A stretch of 44,510 bases of DNA from Octopus bimaculoides (GCF_001194135.2 NC_068983.1:6184767-6229276), one strand, 5' to 3'. Positions 11,376-25,030 are shown, numbered from the stretch's first letter. Translations and numbers: made by a program. Notes: generated by a model not told the origin, from the letters alone.

Positions 11376-11901
11376 TCGTTGTATTCTTCACATCTGAATT
11401 AAACGTAGGAAATGCGAAGCGCAATGCATTTCTTTCAACACAAACTTCATTCTGGCAGCAGTTAAAACTAGGAATACGTAAGGGACATTCACTGGCATCT
11501 ATATATTCGTATTCTTACGAGTAGAATCGAGTTTGCATACGAATTATCAGGAAGCATGTATACTTCTCTACATATACTGAAAACAAATACCTGCAGGTCC
11601 GCCTAATTGCTTCAGAGCAGCAACATGGAATTACTTTGGTGGGGAATTAAATGTAATTTAAAATTGTTAATTTCATTGGTGCACTTTCGTGCAGCAAACA
11701 ATGCAGGCTTGCAACGAAGTTCGTGAAAATAGCTCACAGTAAATAGAACCAGAAAAAGGTTTCTAAAGACAAACCAAGAAGTCAATTACAAAAATTCACA
11801 CACTTGCAAACACATACAAATGTATAGATACATAAGTATGCATATAAATATAGGTAAGTATAGCTATATCCATATGTATATACAAGAATATCTATATATA
11901 C

Positions 11902-12215
11902 TCTTTACTCTTTTACTTGTTTCAGTCATTTGACTGCAGCCATGCTGGAGCACCGCCAGTACTTATTCAATCGGTCTCTTTTGCCGAACCGCTAGATTAC
12001 GGTTGTCTTGGGATGGGGTGGGGGAGCAAACACATACACACACATATATGTACGACGGGCTTCTTTCAGTTTCCGTCTACCAAATCTACTTACAAGTCTT
12101 TGGTCGGCCCGGGGCTATAGTAGAAGACATTTGCCTAAGGTGTCACGCAGTGGGACTGAACCCGGGACCACGTGGTTGGTTAGCAAGCTACTTACCATGC
12201 AGCCACGCCTGCGCC
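11902..12215 (-). mobile_element. SINE family B
   Basis: Reverse complement matches both the head and the tail of family B. Confidence 0.85.
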
Positions 12216-12297
12216 TATATATATATATACATATACACACACACACATACATTTATATATGTACATGCATACTGATATATGAATATATATACCCATA

Positions 12298-12346
<49 letters not shown>

Positions 12347-12877
12347 NNNNNNNNNNNNNNNNNNNNNNNNNNNNNNNNNNNNNNNNNNNNNNNNNNNNNN
12401 NNNNNNNNNNNNNNNNNNNNNNNNNNNNNNNNNNNNNNNNNNNNNNNTATATATATATATATATATATATATTACACAATGCATACCTGTATACATACAC
12501 ACCTGCATACACATATATGTATGTATGTATATGTATTTGCTGTACACATGTGCGCGTGCTATGTGTATTAGTGTATATATACACAATTATTCCATCTATT
12601 AATATTTTTGTAGGAATATACGTTTCTCTTATACCTGCGCTTGTTTCTGTCACAATCCTACGCCATTGCTGTGGCATCTCCATCAATATTTGTGGAACTT
12701 AACATCGCTCTTTATTTATGCTATTAAGCCGTGTTTGTCGGATTGCTAATTCTTGGAACATGTAAGGATACAACTTAAAGAAGAAGACCGGCTTTCGACT
12801 GCTGTAAACGACTAAGAAGACGGACATATACACAGCATACATAAGTACACACATACATACATATGTATATGTAATAG

Positions 12878-13199
12878 GAGGAGCACTCCGTCGGTTACGA
12901 CGATGATAGTCCCAGCTGATACGATCAACGGACCAGCCTGCTCATGAAATTAACGTACAAGTGACTGAGCAATCCACAGACGCGTGTACCCCTAACGTAG
13001 TTCTCAGGGAGACTCAGCGTGACACATAGCGTGACAAGGCCGGCCCTTTGAAATACAGGTACTACTCATTTTTGCCAGCTGAGTGGACTGGAGCAACGTG
13101 AAATAAAGTGTCTTGCTCAAGGACACAACGCGTCGCTGGGAATTGAACTTACGACCCTATGATCGCGAACCGAATGCCTTAACCACTAACCCACGCACC
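12878..13199 (-). mobile_element. SINE family C, long-tail variant, near full length
   Basis: tRNA head, central TGTGTCCTTGAGCAAGACACTT block, and tail ending GTCGTAACCGACGGAGTGC. Confidence 0.88.
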
Positions 13200-13214
13200 T
13201 GTATGTATATGTAT

Positions 13215-13245
<31 letters not shown>

Positions 13246-13254
13246 TATGTATAT

Positions 13255-13381
13255 ATGCTTCCCAACCACATGGTTCCGGGTTCGGTCCCATGCGTAGCAC
13301 CTTGATCAAGTAGTGTCTTCTACTATAGCCTCGGGCTGACAAAAGCCTTGTGAGTTGTAATCGGAAACTGAAAGAAGCCAG

Positions 13382-13420
<39 letters not shown>

Positions 13421-13640
13421 TCTGTGTCTGCGTTTGTCCGTACACGATCGATTAATAGCCGATGTAGTTGTGTTTACGTCCCCGTAACCAAGCGGTTCGG
13501 AAAAAAAAACACTGATAGAATAAGGACTAGGCTTGGAAAGAACAAGTCTTGGAATCGTTTTATTCGACTAAAGCCGGTGCTCCAGCATGGCCACAGACCA
13601 ACGACTGAAATAAGTGAAAGAATAAAAGAATAAAAGAATA
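13255..13640 (+). mobile_element. SINE family B
   Basis: Head, internal (TA)n, 3' half and (GAATAAAA)n tail. Confidence 0.88.
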
Positions 13641-13984
13641 AAAGAATTACACTCACACATATGCATATACCCGCATACACACACACATACACACATGCAC
13701 ATGCACATGCACACACACATACGCGCTCACACACACCCACACACAAACATACACACACTCATTACCATGCCAGTTTTTTTTTTTGTTTTTATATGTCTTT
13801 CGAAACACTACAAAACTATCTTACGTGTTGTGTAAAGGAAGCAACGAAATATAGAAAAAAAAGGACGTTTTCAAATACGCAGTGACTAAATATAATTCCT
13901 TAAAATAAAGTGACTCAACATAAAAGAAAAAACTCACTTTTCACAAAATCACTTACCACACGCACACACGCACACACACACACA

Positions 13985-14017
<33 letters not shown>

Positions 14018-14409
14018 GTGTACACACACAAACACACACTCACGCGCATAACACACAAGAAAAAGACATGCAAGAGAAAATTAAAAAAATAATCCAAGAT
14101 ACCACAAAATGAAGCGTCTTCGAAATGGCAAACGTTCTTTATTCCAAAGATCTTGACATATGAGAGTGCGTGTAAAAAAAGAAAAAAATACGTTTCTACA
14201 TTTCATTCCATTCTGCTTTCCTTCACACTTACTTTCTCTTTCTTTCTCCTTTCCTTCTTTCTCACTTTCTTTCTTTTTGTCTTTATTTTTTATGTTTTTT
14301 TTTCTCTATTCTTGTCGACAAACAGTCGGACATTTCAAGATTTGTCTTAAAAGTGTACTACTATGTCCTTGCTTTCGTTTCGCCATGTTGCACAGATCTT
14401 ACTTTTAGA

Positions 14410-14552
14410 TACATCCATACATACATACATACAAACATCATACATACATATATATATTTGTATATACATGTATACATATATATATGTATGTATATATATG
14501 CATATATATATATATATATATATATATAGATATATATTTGTATATGTATGCA

Positions 14553-14588
<36 letters not shown>

Positions 14589-14659
14589 TGTATATGCATG
14601 TATGCATATATATGTAAGTATATATATATATATTTGTATATGTATGTACATATATATGC

Positions 14660-14692
<33 letters not shown>

Positions 14693-14725
14693 TCTGTATA
14701 TATATATATATATGTACATATATAT

Positions 14726-14808
<83 letters not shown>

Positions 14809-14813
14809 TAGAT

Positions 14814-14846
<33 letters not shown>

Positions 14847-14949
14847 CCAACTTACATTATAGAGACCATACACACATATAAACAGCTTCACAAACACATA
14901 CACGCACAGACACACGCGTACAAACACACACACACACGCGCGCGCGCAG

Positions 14950-14989
<40 letters not shown>

Positions 14990-14990
14990 G
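14410..14990. repeat. Long (TA)n-dominated compound microsatellite
   Basis: Seen directly. Confidence 0.9.
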
Positions 14991-15123
14991 CATGTAATTT
15001 TTGCACATCTGCTTTGCTTTCTATAATATTCTTTTGTCGTTGCTGTTCTTTTCTTCTTTTTCTTTCTTCACAAGTATACACATTCATCTACATATACATG
15101 TATATTGCTTTTTCACGCTTCTC

Positions 15124-15187
<64 letters not shown>

Positions 15188-15212
15188 NNNNNNNNNNCTC
15201 TCTCTTTCTCTC

Positions 15213-15420
15213 CCGGCAGAATCTTTGACACACCGGACAAAATTCTTAGCGGTATTTCGTCTGTCTTTAGGTTCCGTGTTCGAATTCCGCCGAGGTCGAC
15301 TTTGCCTTTCATCCTTTTGAGGTCGATAAATTAAGTACCAGTGAAGCACTGGGATCGATGTAATCGACTAGTCCCCTCTCCCCTAATTCTAGGCCTTGTG
15401 ACCATAATAGAAAGGATTGT
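15213..15420 (+). mobile_element. SINE family A
   Basis: A-box-like GGCAGAATC, B-box-like GTTCGAATTCC, family body and tail. Confidence 0.88.
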
Positions 15421-15493
15421 TGTATTAAACTTTTTTGTCGTATTTTACATTACTTTTTGTATCTATATATTTATAAAGCTATATATTCATATA

Positions 15494-16371
15494 CTAGCTG
15501 ACGGACCCGGTAATTTCCGGGAAAGCGGAGCTTATCCCTTGGTTCCGTTCTCATAATTGTTTTGGAAATCCAATAACAACAATACAAAATATGTAGCCCT
15601 TAAAACGTTTTTTGTGCATTTACAGAAAATACCGAACTGTCTTACACAGGATCTTGTTTTTAAGAATTCCCAATACGCTATGGAATACCCAAAGTGTGAA
15701 ATCAGTTATGTAATAAAGTAGCCTCGAAAAGGGCTTTAATGTGTTCCCAGAATATATAGAACATTAGAAATACTACTAAGGTAGGTATACTAAAATCTTG
15801 AAGCATATTATGTAATAACAGGTTAATCAGATATGAGATACTAACAATTTAAAGTAAATAATTCTGAAAAGGGCTTTTGTGCATCCCCAGAGAATATTAC
15901 CTTCAGAGGCGATAGTGTTGGTATATTCATGAATAAGTCACTAACCGAAATAAGTGAATCTATTGTTTAGAAAATTCTATTTACTTGTTTAAAGGTTGTA
16001 CTAGATAAATTGCGAAAGTAACTCTAACAGTTCAAATACTAAGAAATAAGCATACTCAATTTCCTTTTTACTAAATAATTTAGGAAAATGAAAGGGTTAT
16101 TTCCCTTGGCTATGTATAAGGATTCCTTCCAGGGACAAATCGGTTATTTCCCTTGGTTTTTAAAACAAAATATATTAGATAAAAATAAGTATCCCTTCCA
16201 GGGGCCCTATTATCGATTTGTTTTCAACAATCTGAGTATGCCATGAGATTTCGAGACATGTGTTCTACTCACTTGTCAAGTTTTATCAAAATTGATAAAA
16301 CGATGCAGGAGGAGTTAGCTAGCAACTCCACAAAAACACCCACTGACAGAATTTCCCACATATGTAGTAGA
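15494..16371 (-). mobile_element. Complete non-autonomous Helitron (878 bp)
   Basis: Minus strand begins A|TC (16372/16371) and ends CTAG|T (15497-15494/15493). A GC hairpin CCCGG-6nt-CCGGG (15506-15521) lies 8 nt before CTAG; no TSD. Confidence 0.8.
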
Positions 16372-16554
16372 TTTATTTAGTTATATACTTATTATTTTCC
16401 ACCTCTTGTTGCTGCCCGAAACTTTGTTTCCTCCTCTTCTTCTTCTTCTTCCTCCTTTCTATTGGTTCTTTCTAGTAATTGTTTTTTAAGTGTATTTTTC
16501 TTTTGCCATATATCTTCGTGCATATGTTCATGACTTTCAGTGGTGAATACTCTC

Positions 16555-16690
<136 letters not shown>

Positions 16691-17136
16691 TGGTGTCAAC
16701 GTGTTTGTTTGCGAAAATGCGCGAGTATCTGTGCGCTACATAAAATGAACATATGTCATCGTTTCATTTTGTTGAGCTTTCATTTTCTTTCAATAACGTT
16801 ATCAACATCAACGCCTCCACCACAACCACCACCACCTCCATCATCATCAATATCATTGTCATCAGGATCCTCGTCGATGCCATCTGGTCGTCGTGGTTGT
16901 CATCAGTTTATTTTATTTTATTTATTTTTTTTCGATTCTGCGCAATAAACACGCATACACATGCTCGCAATCTATATTTACATTATACGTACATTCACAC
17001 ACATACACACACACACACACACACACGTATATAACACAAGCATACAAAAGCAAATATAAATGTATGTATATATACACACACGCAAATACTCCAACACACA
17101 CACATATATATATATGCATATATGTAAGTATATATA

Positions 17137-17182
<46 letters not shown>

Positions 17183-17375
17183 NNNNNNNNNNNNNNNNNN
17201 NNNNNNNNNNNNNNNNNNNNNNNNNNNNNNNNNNNNNNNNNNNNNNNNNNNNNNNNNNNNNNNNNNNNNNNNNNNNNNNNNNNNNNNNNNNNNNNNNNNN
17301 NNNNNNNNNNNNNNNNNNNNNNNNNNNNNNNNNNNNNNNNNNNNNNNNNNNNNNNNNNNNNNNNNNNNNNNNNNN

Positions 17376-17437
<62 letters not shown>

Positions 17438-17749
17438 CTGTGTGGTTGTGTTTTTATGTCCTTGTCTTCCCTCCATCTTATAACAGATCGCAAAGATATT
17501 TTATTCCTTACGTTATTGGTTAACTCATTGTTTTTGATTTGTTTATTCCTGTTTGGGGATCTTTTTGGACGTTCTTTCAATCGCGTTGTTGTTGTTGTTG
17601 TTGTTGTCGATGTTGTTCATGGTGATGCTGATGATGATGATGACAACGAAGTTAACGATGATATTTTTTTCTTATCAATGTACTTTTCCTTCTCACCTTG
17701 TTTAGTGTAATGTCAGTGACGTCAGTGGAAATGTTCCTTCATCTTTCCT

Positions 17750-17797
<48 letters not shown>

Positions 17798-17832
17798 AAG
17801 AAGCAGCAGCAGCAGCAGCAGCAGCAGTAGTG

Positions 17833-17878
<46 letters not shown>

Positions 17879-17962
17879 CGGTGGGCTTGTGGTGGTGGCG
17901 GTGGGCTTGAGGTGGTGGCGGCGGTGGTGGTGATGATGGAGCTGGTGGTCGTAGTAGTGGTG
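17750..17962. repeat. Compound triplet repeat (GTA)n(GCA)n(GTA)n(GTG)n
   Basis: Seen directly. Confidence 0.9.
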
Positions 17963-18493
17963 GGGTAACTGAGATGGTTTAGGTAATTGTTGTCTCAGTG
18001 GTGATATAAGTGCTGTTTCGTTTTCGTATTCACTTCTTCCATATATGTTTTCGCTTTCATACTTTTATAACTTGATATAACTTTTCGTTACACGATATGC
18101 CTTAACACACACACACACACACACACACATGCTCATTACAAATTTACACGCCCACACACGCAATCACGCAACATGCAAACAACACCGGACTCAAACCACA
18201 AGCGCGTGCGAAAGGAAAAAAAAGACAATAGAGGAATAGCACCTGTATGTACGCACATACACGTACACATTCATACCACTCACTCATACAGACACACAAA
18301 CACACACACACTATACATACACATGCATACACATAAACATACACATAAACATGCGCCGTGCATATATACACATATATATATATATACATATATAAATATT
18401 TATACACATATATATATATACATATATACATATTTATATACATATATATATACGTATATACATACATATACATATATATATATACATATATAC

Positions 18494-18553
<60 letters not shown>

Positions 18554-19280
18554 CTCACGCACAGACCAAATGCACCCCATCACACATGCACACACACACA
18601 TACACACACACACAAACCGCAAACGAACGCACAGACATAATAAATGCATTTCACAAGNNNNNNNNNNTAACAAACAAACTTTCACATCTTGAATTGCCTA
18701 AAATGCAAGGATCCGAAACAGATTACCTTTCTATCCACCTTATTCCCAACACCTCTTCCCTACCTCATACTTCTCTCTTTCCCCCACCCCCTCATTTTCT
18801 TACCCAAACCCCCTTCCACCCTCTCCCCCTCTCTCAAGCTCTCCCAGCCACTCTCTCTCCCTCTCAAGTCTCTATATTTTTCTCTTTCTTCCAGTCTATC
18901 TTGTTACCTTTTTCCCCCCCAACATGTCCCATTTTACCCCCAACTCTCTGTCTCTTTATGCCTCACTCTCACTTCCTTCTTACGCAGATATTTCTTTCTC
19001 TTTTTCTTTTTTTATGGTTGTTTGTCAGTCACATTATCCTTCGACAATTACAGACGCTGTCTTCTATATTCCTTATGTTGTCGCCATTTAGGTGAAATCA
19101 AATTTAAACAGGAAACCAACATGAGAAGAAGACGTGCATACAAAGTTACACAAAAAACGGCTCCTCTATGCAAATTGCCAAAATGATACCACAATTGAAT
19201 TTTCTTTCTTCAGACCATCTATTCAAATATTCTTATTCACATTTGTTTCGTGAAGCGCCCACCACTCTCCTCCCTCCCTC

Positions 19281-19347
<67 letters not shown>

Positions 19348-19433
19348 GTCACCCCCTCACTCACAAACAAACATACACAGTCATACACACACTTTATCTG
19401 TTTATGTACTCATGTACATATGTATATGTACAG

Positions 19434-19471
<38 letters not shown>

Positions 19472-19595
19472 GTATGTATGAATGTGTGTATGTATGTATT
19501 TAAATATACATACTTATATATAAATTCATATATATTTATGTATACTTACACACACATATATATATACATGTATGTATATATGTAATGTATGTATA

Positions 19596-19628
<33 letters not shown>

Positions 19629-19941
19629 NNNNNNNNNNNNNNNNNNNNNNNNNNNNNNNNNNNNNNNNNNNNNNNNNNNNNNNNNNNNNNNNNNNNNNNN
19701 NNNNNNNNNNNNNNNNNNNNNNNNNNNNNNNGAGTAGATTAACAATAAACCGAATAAAGAACACCGCTAAATAAATTCAGCAAGACTATTTTATTATAGT
19801 TTCCGCTTTCCAATCTTTAGAAAAAGCGCAGCTAAAATATAAACGAAAAAAAAAATTTCTTGTACAGAAAATAATGGTTATGGTGTGAGTGTGAAGATTC
19901 TAGAAAAGGTAAGACGTTGAGTGATAGTATAAGGTTTAGAG

Positions 19942-19982
19942 CAATGGTTCCCATCCGTGGTCTATATGGCCCCTTGGGGTCC
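19942..19982 (+). mobile_element. Left-end fragment of a hAT-type MITE
   Basis: CAATGGTTCCCATCCGTGGTCTATATGGCCCCTTGGGGTCC resembles the start of the 30428-30677 element. Confidence 0.5.
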
Positions 19983-19987
19983 TTAAA

Positions 19988-20285
19988 GTGGCACTTCTTA
20001 AGTTACAAAGACGAGGATTCCAGTTGATCTGATCAACGGAACAGCCTGCTTGTGAAATTAACGTGCAAGTGATTGAGCACTCCACAGACACGCGTACCCT
20101 TAACTAAGTTCCAAGGAAGATTCCGTGTGATACAGAATGTGACAAGGCTGACCCTGTGAATTACAGGTACAACTCATTTGTGCGAGCTGAGTGAACTGGA
20201 GCAACGTGAAATAAAGTGGCTTGCCGCCAGGAATCGAACTCACGGCCTTACGATTGTGAACCGAATATCCTAACCCACGCACCTT
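19988..20285 (-). mobile_element. SINE family C, long-tail variant
   Basis: Collinear with 12878-13199. Confidence 0.85.
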
Positions 20286-20458
20286 CTACGCGCCGCCATT
20301 ATTTCTAGTCTTATCTTCTTCCAGTTCCACCATAGCGACTAAGATACTTTACTTCAATTCTTTAAAATATTTATATTGTTAGTAGTCATTTCAGAGAGTT
20401 AATGTTCAGATAATTAGTCGTAGTCTTTAAGATTATACGCTGAAATTATAAATATAGA

Positions 20459-20645
20459 CGTAGGAGTGGCCATAGACGTAGGAGTGGCTGTGTGGTAAGT
20501 AGCTTGCTTACGAACCACATGGTTCCGGGTTCAGTTCCACTGCGTGGCACCTTGGGCAAGTGTCTTCTACTATAGCCTCGGGCCGACCAAAGCCTTGTGA
20601 GTGGATTTGGTAGACGGAAACTGAAAGAATCCCGTCGTATATATG

Positions 20646-20676
<31 letters not shown>

Positions 20677-20810
20677 ATATGTTGTGTATCTGTGTTTGTC
20701 CCCCCAACATCGATTGACAACCGATGCTGGTGTGCTTAGGTCCCCGTAACTTAGCGGTTCGNNNNNNNNNNTTGGTAGACGGAAACTGAAAGAATCCCGT
20801 CGTATATATG

Positions 20811-20841
<31 letters not shown>

Positions 20842-21058
20842 ATATGTTGTGTATCTGTGTTTGTCCCCCCAACATCGATTGACAACCGATGCTGGTGTGC
20901 TTAGGTCCCCGTAACTTAGCGGTTCGGCAAAAAGAGACCGATAGAATAAGTACTAGGCTTACAAAGAATAAGTCCTGGGGTCGATTTGATTCGACTAAAG
21001 GCGGTGCTCCAGCATGGCCGCAGTCAAATGACTGAAACAAGTAAAAGAGTAAAAGAAA
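20459..21058 (+). mobile_element. SINE family B, near full length (internal part duplicated across a 10-N gap)
   Basis: Head GTAGGAGTGGCTGTGTGGTAAG, block GCACCTTGGGCAAGTGTC, tail CTGAAACAAGTAAAAGAG. Confidence 0.9.
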
Positions 21059-21120
21059 TTATAAATAGTGTTTATTAGAGAACAATGAAGAAATACTTAT
21101 TAAAAGGTAAAACTATTTAT

Positions 21121-21231
21121 TTCTTTATTGCCCTCAAGGGGCCAAACATAGAGAAGACAAACAAGGACAGACAAAGCGATTAAGTCGATTACATCGACCC
21201 AGTGCGTGACTGGTATTTATTTAATCGACTC
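21121..21231 (-). mobile_element. SINE family A, 3' half
   Basis: Tail matches 34680-34771; directly abuts the maT fragment. Confidence 0.8.
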
Positions 21232-21675
21232 CTGGTTGTGAGGCATGGTGCAGAGTCCTGTTGCCAGACATAGGGTCTTCGAGCAGCCACTCTTTTCGCC
21301 CAGGGCAGCACTACTTCCTCCAGGCACTTGATGTAGGCTTCTATGTTGAGTGTGAGGCTGTGTGGGAAGATGAATGGAGGCATAACATCGCCATCACAAG
21401 TGATCACTCCAAACGCCATGATGTTGGCTGGATGTTTGATTTTTATCACTCTCCGGTACATGTTCGTATTGCTGCTTCTGGTGCGAATGCCAAAGAGTAT
21501 GGCATGTGGTTTCCAAATTTCCGACAGAATGAATTGCGTCATGGAGTTACTTTTCTCACAGACGCTACCCAACTGATCCTACTATACTGTGTAGTCGGCA
21601 AAATCAAAAACGAAACATGCGTATGCGTGAAGTTAAAAATATAACACGGTGACAATTTACTCATCGCACTCTGTA
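21232..21675 (-). mobile_element. Internally deleted DD37D/maT (Tc1/mariner) derivative retaining its left TIR
   Basis: Left end TA|CAGAGTGCGATGAGTAAATTGTC. The ORF MTQFILSEIWK.. is fused to RVIKIKHP..WQQDSAPC, nearly identical to the 39704-40273 protein. Confidence 0.88.
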
Positions 21676-21734
21676 CATACATATACATGCACATACACAT
21701 ATATGTATATACAACCATCCATCCATCCATCCAT

Positions 21735-21771
<37 letters not shown>

Positions 21772-23396
21772 TATATACACACACTTACACACACACACAC
21801 ACACAGACACACATACACACACATATATATATAGGGAGAATTCACAAAACAACAAAAGACGAAGACAAGTGGTGTAGACAACAAACAGATGTATTAGTTT
21901 AACGCTCGGGAAGTGAAAAAGTCTTTAANNNNNNNNNNNNNNNNNNNNNNNNNNNNNNNNNNNNNNNNNNNNNNNNNNNNNNNNNNNNNNNNNNNNNNNN
22001 NNNNNNNNNNNNNNNNNNNNNNNNNNNNNNNNNNNNNNNNNNNNNNNNNNNNNNNNNNNNNNNNNNNNNNNNNNNNNNNNNNNNNNNNNNNNNNNNNNNN
22101 NNNNNNNNNNNNNNNNNNNNNNNNNNNNNNNNNNNNNNNNNNNNNNNNNNNNNNNNNNNNNNNNNNNNNNNNNNNNNNNNNNNNNNNNNNNNNNNNNNNN
22201 NNNNNNNNNNNNNNNNNNNNNNNNNNNNNNNNNNNNNNNNNNNNNNNNNNNNNNNNNNNNNNNNNNNNNNNNNNNNNNNNNNNNNNNNNNNNNNNNNNNN
22301 NNNNNNNNNNNNNNNNNNNNNNNNNNNNNNNNNNNNNNNNNNNNNNNNNNNNNNNNNNNNNNNNNNNNNNNNNNNNNNNNNNNNNNNNNNNNNNNNNNNN
22401 NNNNNNNNNNNNNNNNNNNNNNNNNNNNNNNNNNNNNNNNNNNNNNNNNNNNNNNNNNNNNGCGAGAGTGGGGAAGGCAAGGGTGGGGTGTGGTTTAGGC
22501 TGAAGGTGGGGGTAGAGGTGGGGTATGTACGCGCGCGCATCAGTTCTTTCTTTTCGAGTACTTGTGCACCAGACTATATGTATTATAATACTATATAAGA
22601 ATTAATTCTAATTTTTTTCTTTATTTTGTGTTTCCTTTGGTTTTTTTAACACTTAAAAAAAATGTTTAAGTATATTTTGACAGTACATTCATTGTACCCC
22701 CGTGTCTTAACCGCCCCCCCCCCGAACCCAACGAACGTTCAGCTCATCAGTTCAATGAACATTACTAATATATCATCGATAAAGCAATCTACTTCTATGA
22801 CGGACCGTTCAAATATTTCTGTTACCGTTTCACGTTTTCGTTACACTGCAACACGTCCATTATCTGTCTATGCTATCCCGTCATGCATTACTTACATTGC
22901 TATGTCGTACACGTGACTGTTAATGAAAGGAAATGTGTGCTTGAACTATAAGTCACCCTATCGTTAATGTTTCATTATCATCGTTGTTGTTGTTGCTGCT
23001 GTTTTAGTGTTGTGTAGAGGAAGTTTTGGGGTATTATTTTGGCCAATATAAGTCCTGTCACGTAAGCTAAAATACTAGCAGCTTATATATACACAAATTA
23101 ACGACATCCATAATAAAGACTACAAAAAATAGTGAAACTGCAGTTTTGTTTTATAAATTTTTTATACTTCTCCAGGTTACAGTGTGTGCATTGCTTTTAT
23201 TTTTGCTTAATTTTTTTTTGTGTATTTTGTCTATTTTTCTATATTTATATTTCGTGTTTTCGATGATTACGCACATGCGTGTGTGAGTGTGTGTGTGTGC
23301 GTATGTGTGTGGATATAATATATTTATATATACATATACATATATATATATATACATATGTGTGTGTGTATTTGCATGTGTATGTATGCAAATATC

Positions 23397-23428
<32 letters not shown>

Positions 23429-24827
23429 NNNNNNNNNNNNNNNNNNNNNNNNNNNNNNNNNNNNNNNNNNNNNNNNNNNNNNNNNNNNNNNNNNNNNNNN
23501 NNNNNNNNNNNNNNNNNNNNNNNNNNNNNNNNNNNNNNNNNNNNNNNNNNNNNNNNNNNNNNNNNNNNNNNNNNNNNNNNNNNNNNNNNNNNNNNNNNNN
23601 NNNNNNNNNNNNNNNNNNNNNNNNNNNNNNNNNNNNNNNNNNNNNNNNNNNNNNNNNNNNNNNNNNNNNNNNNNNNNNNNNNNNNNNNNNNNNNNNNNNN
23701 NNNNNNNNNNNNNNNNNNNNNNNNNNNNNNNNNNNNNNNNNNNNNNNNNNNNNNNNNNNNNNNNNNNNNNNNNNNNNNNNNNNNNNNNNNNNNNNNNNNN
23801 NNNNNNNNNNNNNNNNNNNNNNNNNNNNNNNNNNNNNNNNNNNNNNNNNNNNNNNNNNNNNNNNNNNNNNNNNNNNNNNNNNNNNNNNNNNNNNNNNNNN
23901 NNNNNNNNNNNNNNNNNNNNNNNNNNNNNNNNNNNNNNNNNNNNNNNNNNNNNNNNNNNNNNNNNNNNNNNNNNNNNNNNNNNNNNNNNNNNNNNNNNNN
24001 NNNNNNNNNNNNNNNNNNNNNNNNNNNNNNNNNNNNNNNNNNNNNNNNNNNNNNNNNNNNNNNNNNNNNNNNNNNNNNNNNNNNNNNNNNNNNNNNNNNN
24101 NNNNNNNNNNNNNNNNNNNNNNNNNNNNNNNNNNNNNNNNNNNNNNNNNNNNNNNNNNNNNNNNNNNNNNNNNNNNNNNNNNNNNNNNNNNNNNNNNNNN
24201 NNNNNNNNNNNNNNNNNNNNNNNNNNNNNNNNNNNNNNNNNNNNNNNNNNNNNNNNNNNNNNNNNNNNNNNNNNNNNNNNNNNNNNNNNNNNNNNNNNNT
24301 ATATATATATATATATATATATATTTCTTTTTAGTATATTTTCTAAGTTACGTTTCGTGTGACTTCATGCGTTCGCCTCCGTGAGTGTATATTTGCCTTT
24401 CTCTGTGTGTATTTGTATCTATATGAGCGCGTGCATAAGTGCATATATTTATGCATGCGTTCGTGCATGTGTGTATGTGTACGTGTCTTTATTCGTGTAT
24501 GTATTTATGTGTATATAATACTTCTTATATGTCTTTGTACATGTATGTATTATTTTGTTTGTTTTTATGTACTTTCGTATAATGTTTTATCTGCATATGT
24601 TTTTTCCCTTGGTTTTCTATTATATTGGATATTTTCGGTAACTTTTTGTTTATTTTCTTATTTTACTTATTTTCATGCTTCTATTTTTACGTTTTGTTTG
24701 TTTTTTTAGCTTCAGTTTTTTCCTATCTTTTCGTGTTTTTCCCCCATTTTATTGATGTTTTTTGCGTGTATTTACATGTTTCCTGTTATTTTATTGTCTG
24801 TATTTTTTTTCTAGTTTTTATTGTCTA

Positions 24828-25030
24828 TCTTTTACTTGTTTCAGTCATTAAACTTCAGCCATGCTGGGGCAACATCTTCAATAGCTTTAATCGAACAAAT
24901 CTGAACTTAATGTTTTTAAATCTGGTGTGTGTTTTTATATTGATATCCCTTGCTGAACCGTTAAGTTACGGGTACGATAAGAAACCAACACCAGTTATCG
25001 AGCGGCGGTGAGGAAGAAACACAAAGACAC
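24828..25030 (-). mobile_element. SINE family B, diverged 3' half
   Basis: TTTTACTTGTTTCAGTCA..GCTGAACCGTTAAGTTACGGG. Confidence 0.75.

Noticed and set aside
15213-15300. tRNA genes suggested by A/B boxes (here and in the other SINE heads)
   Set aside because: The boxes continue into SINE bodies and no complete cloverleaf is evident.
20608-20932. About 150-bp direct duplication inside SINE B
   Set aside because: Identical copies on either side of a 10-N gap are a typical unmerged contig overlap.
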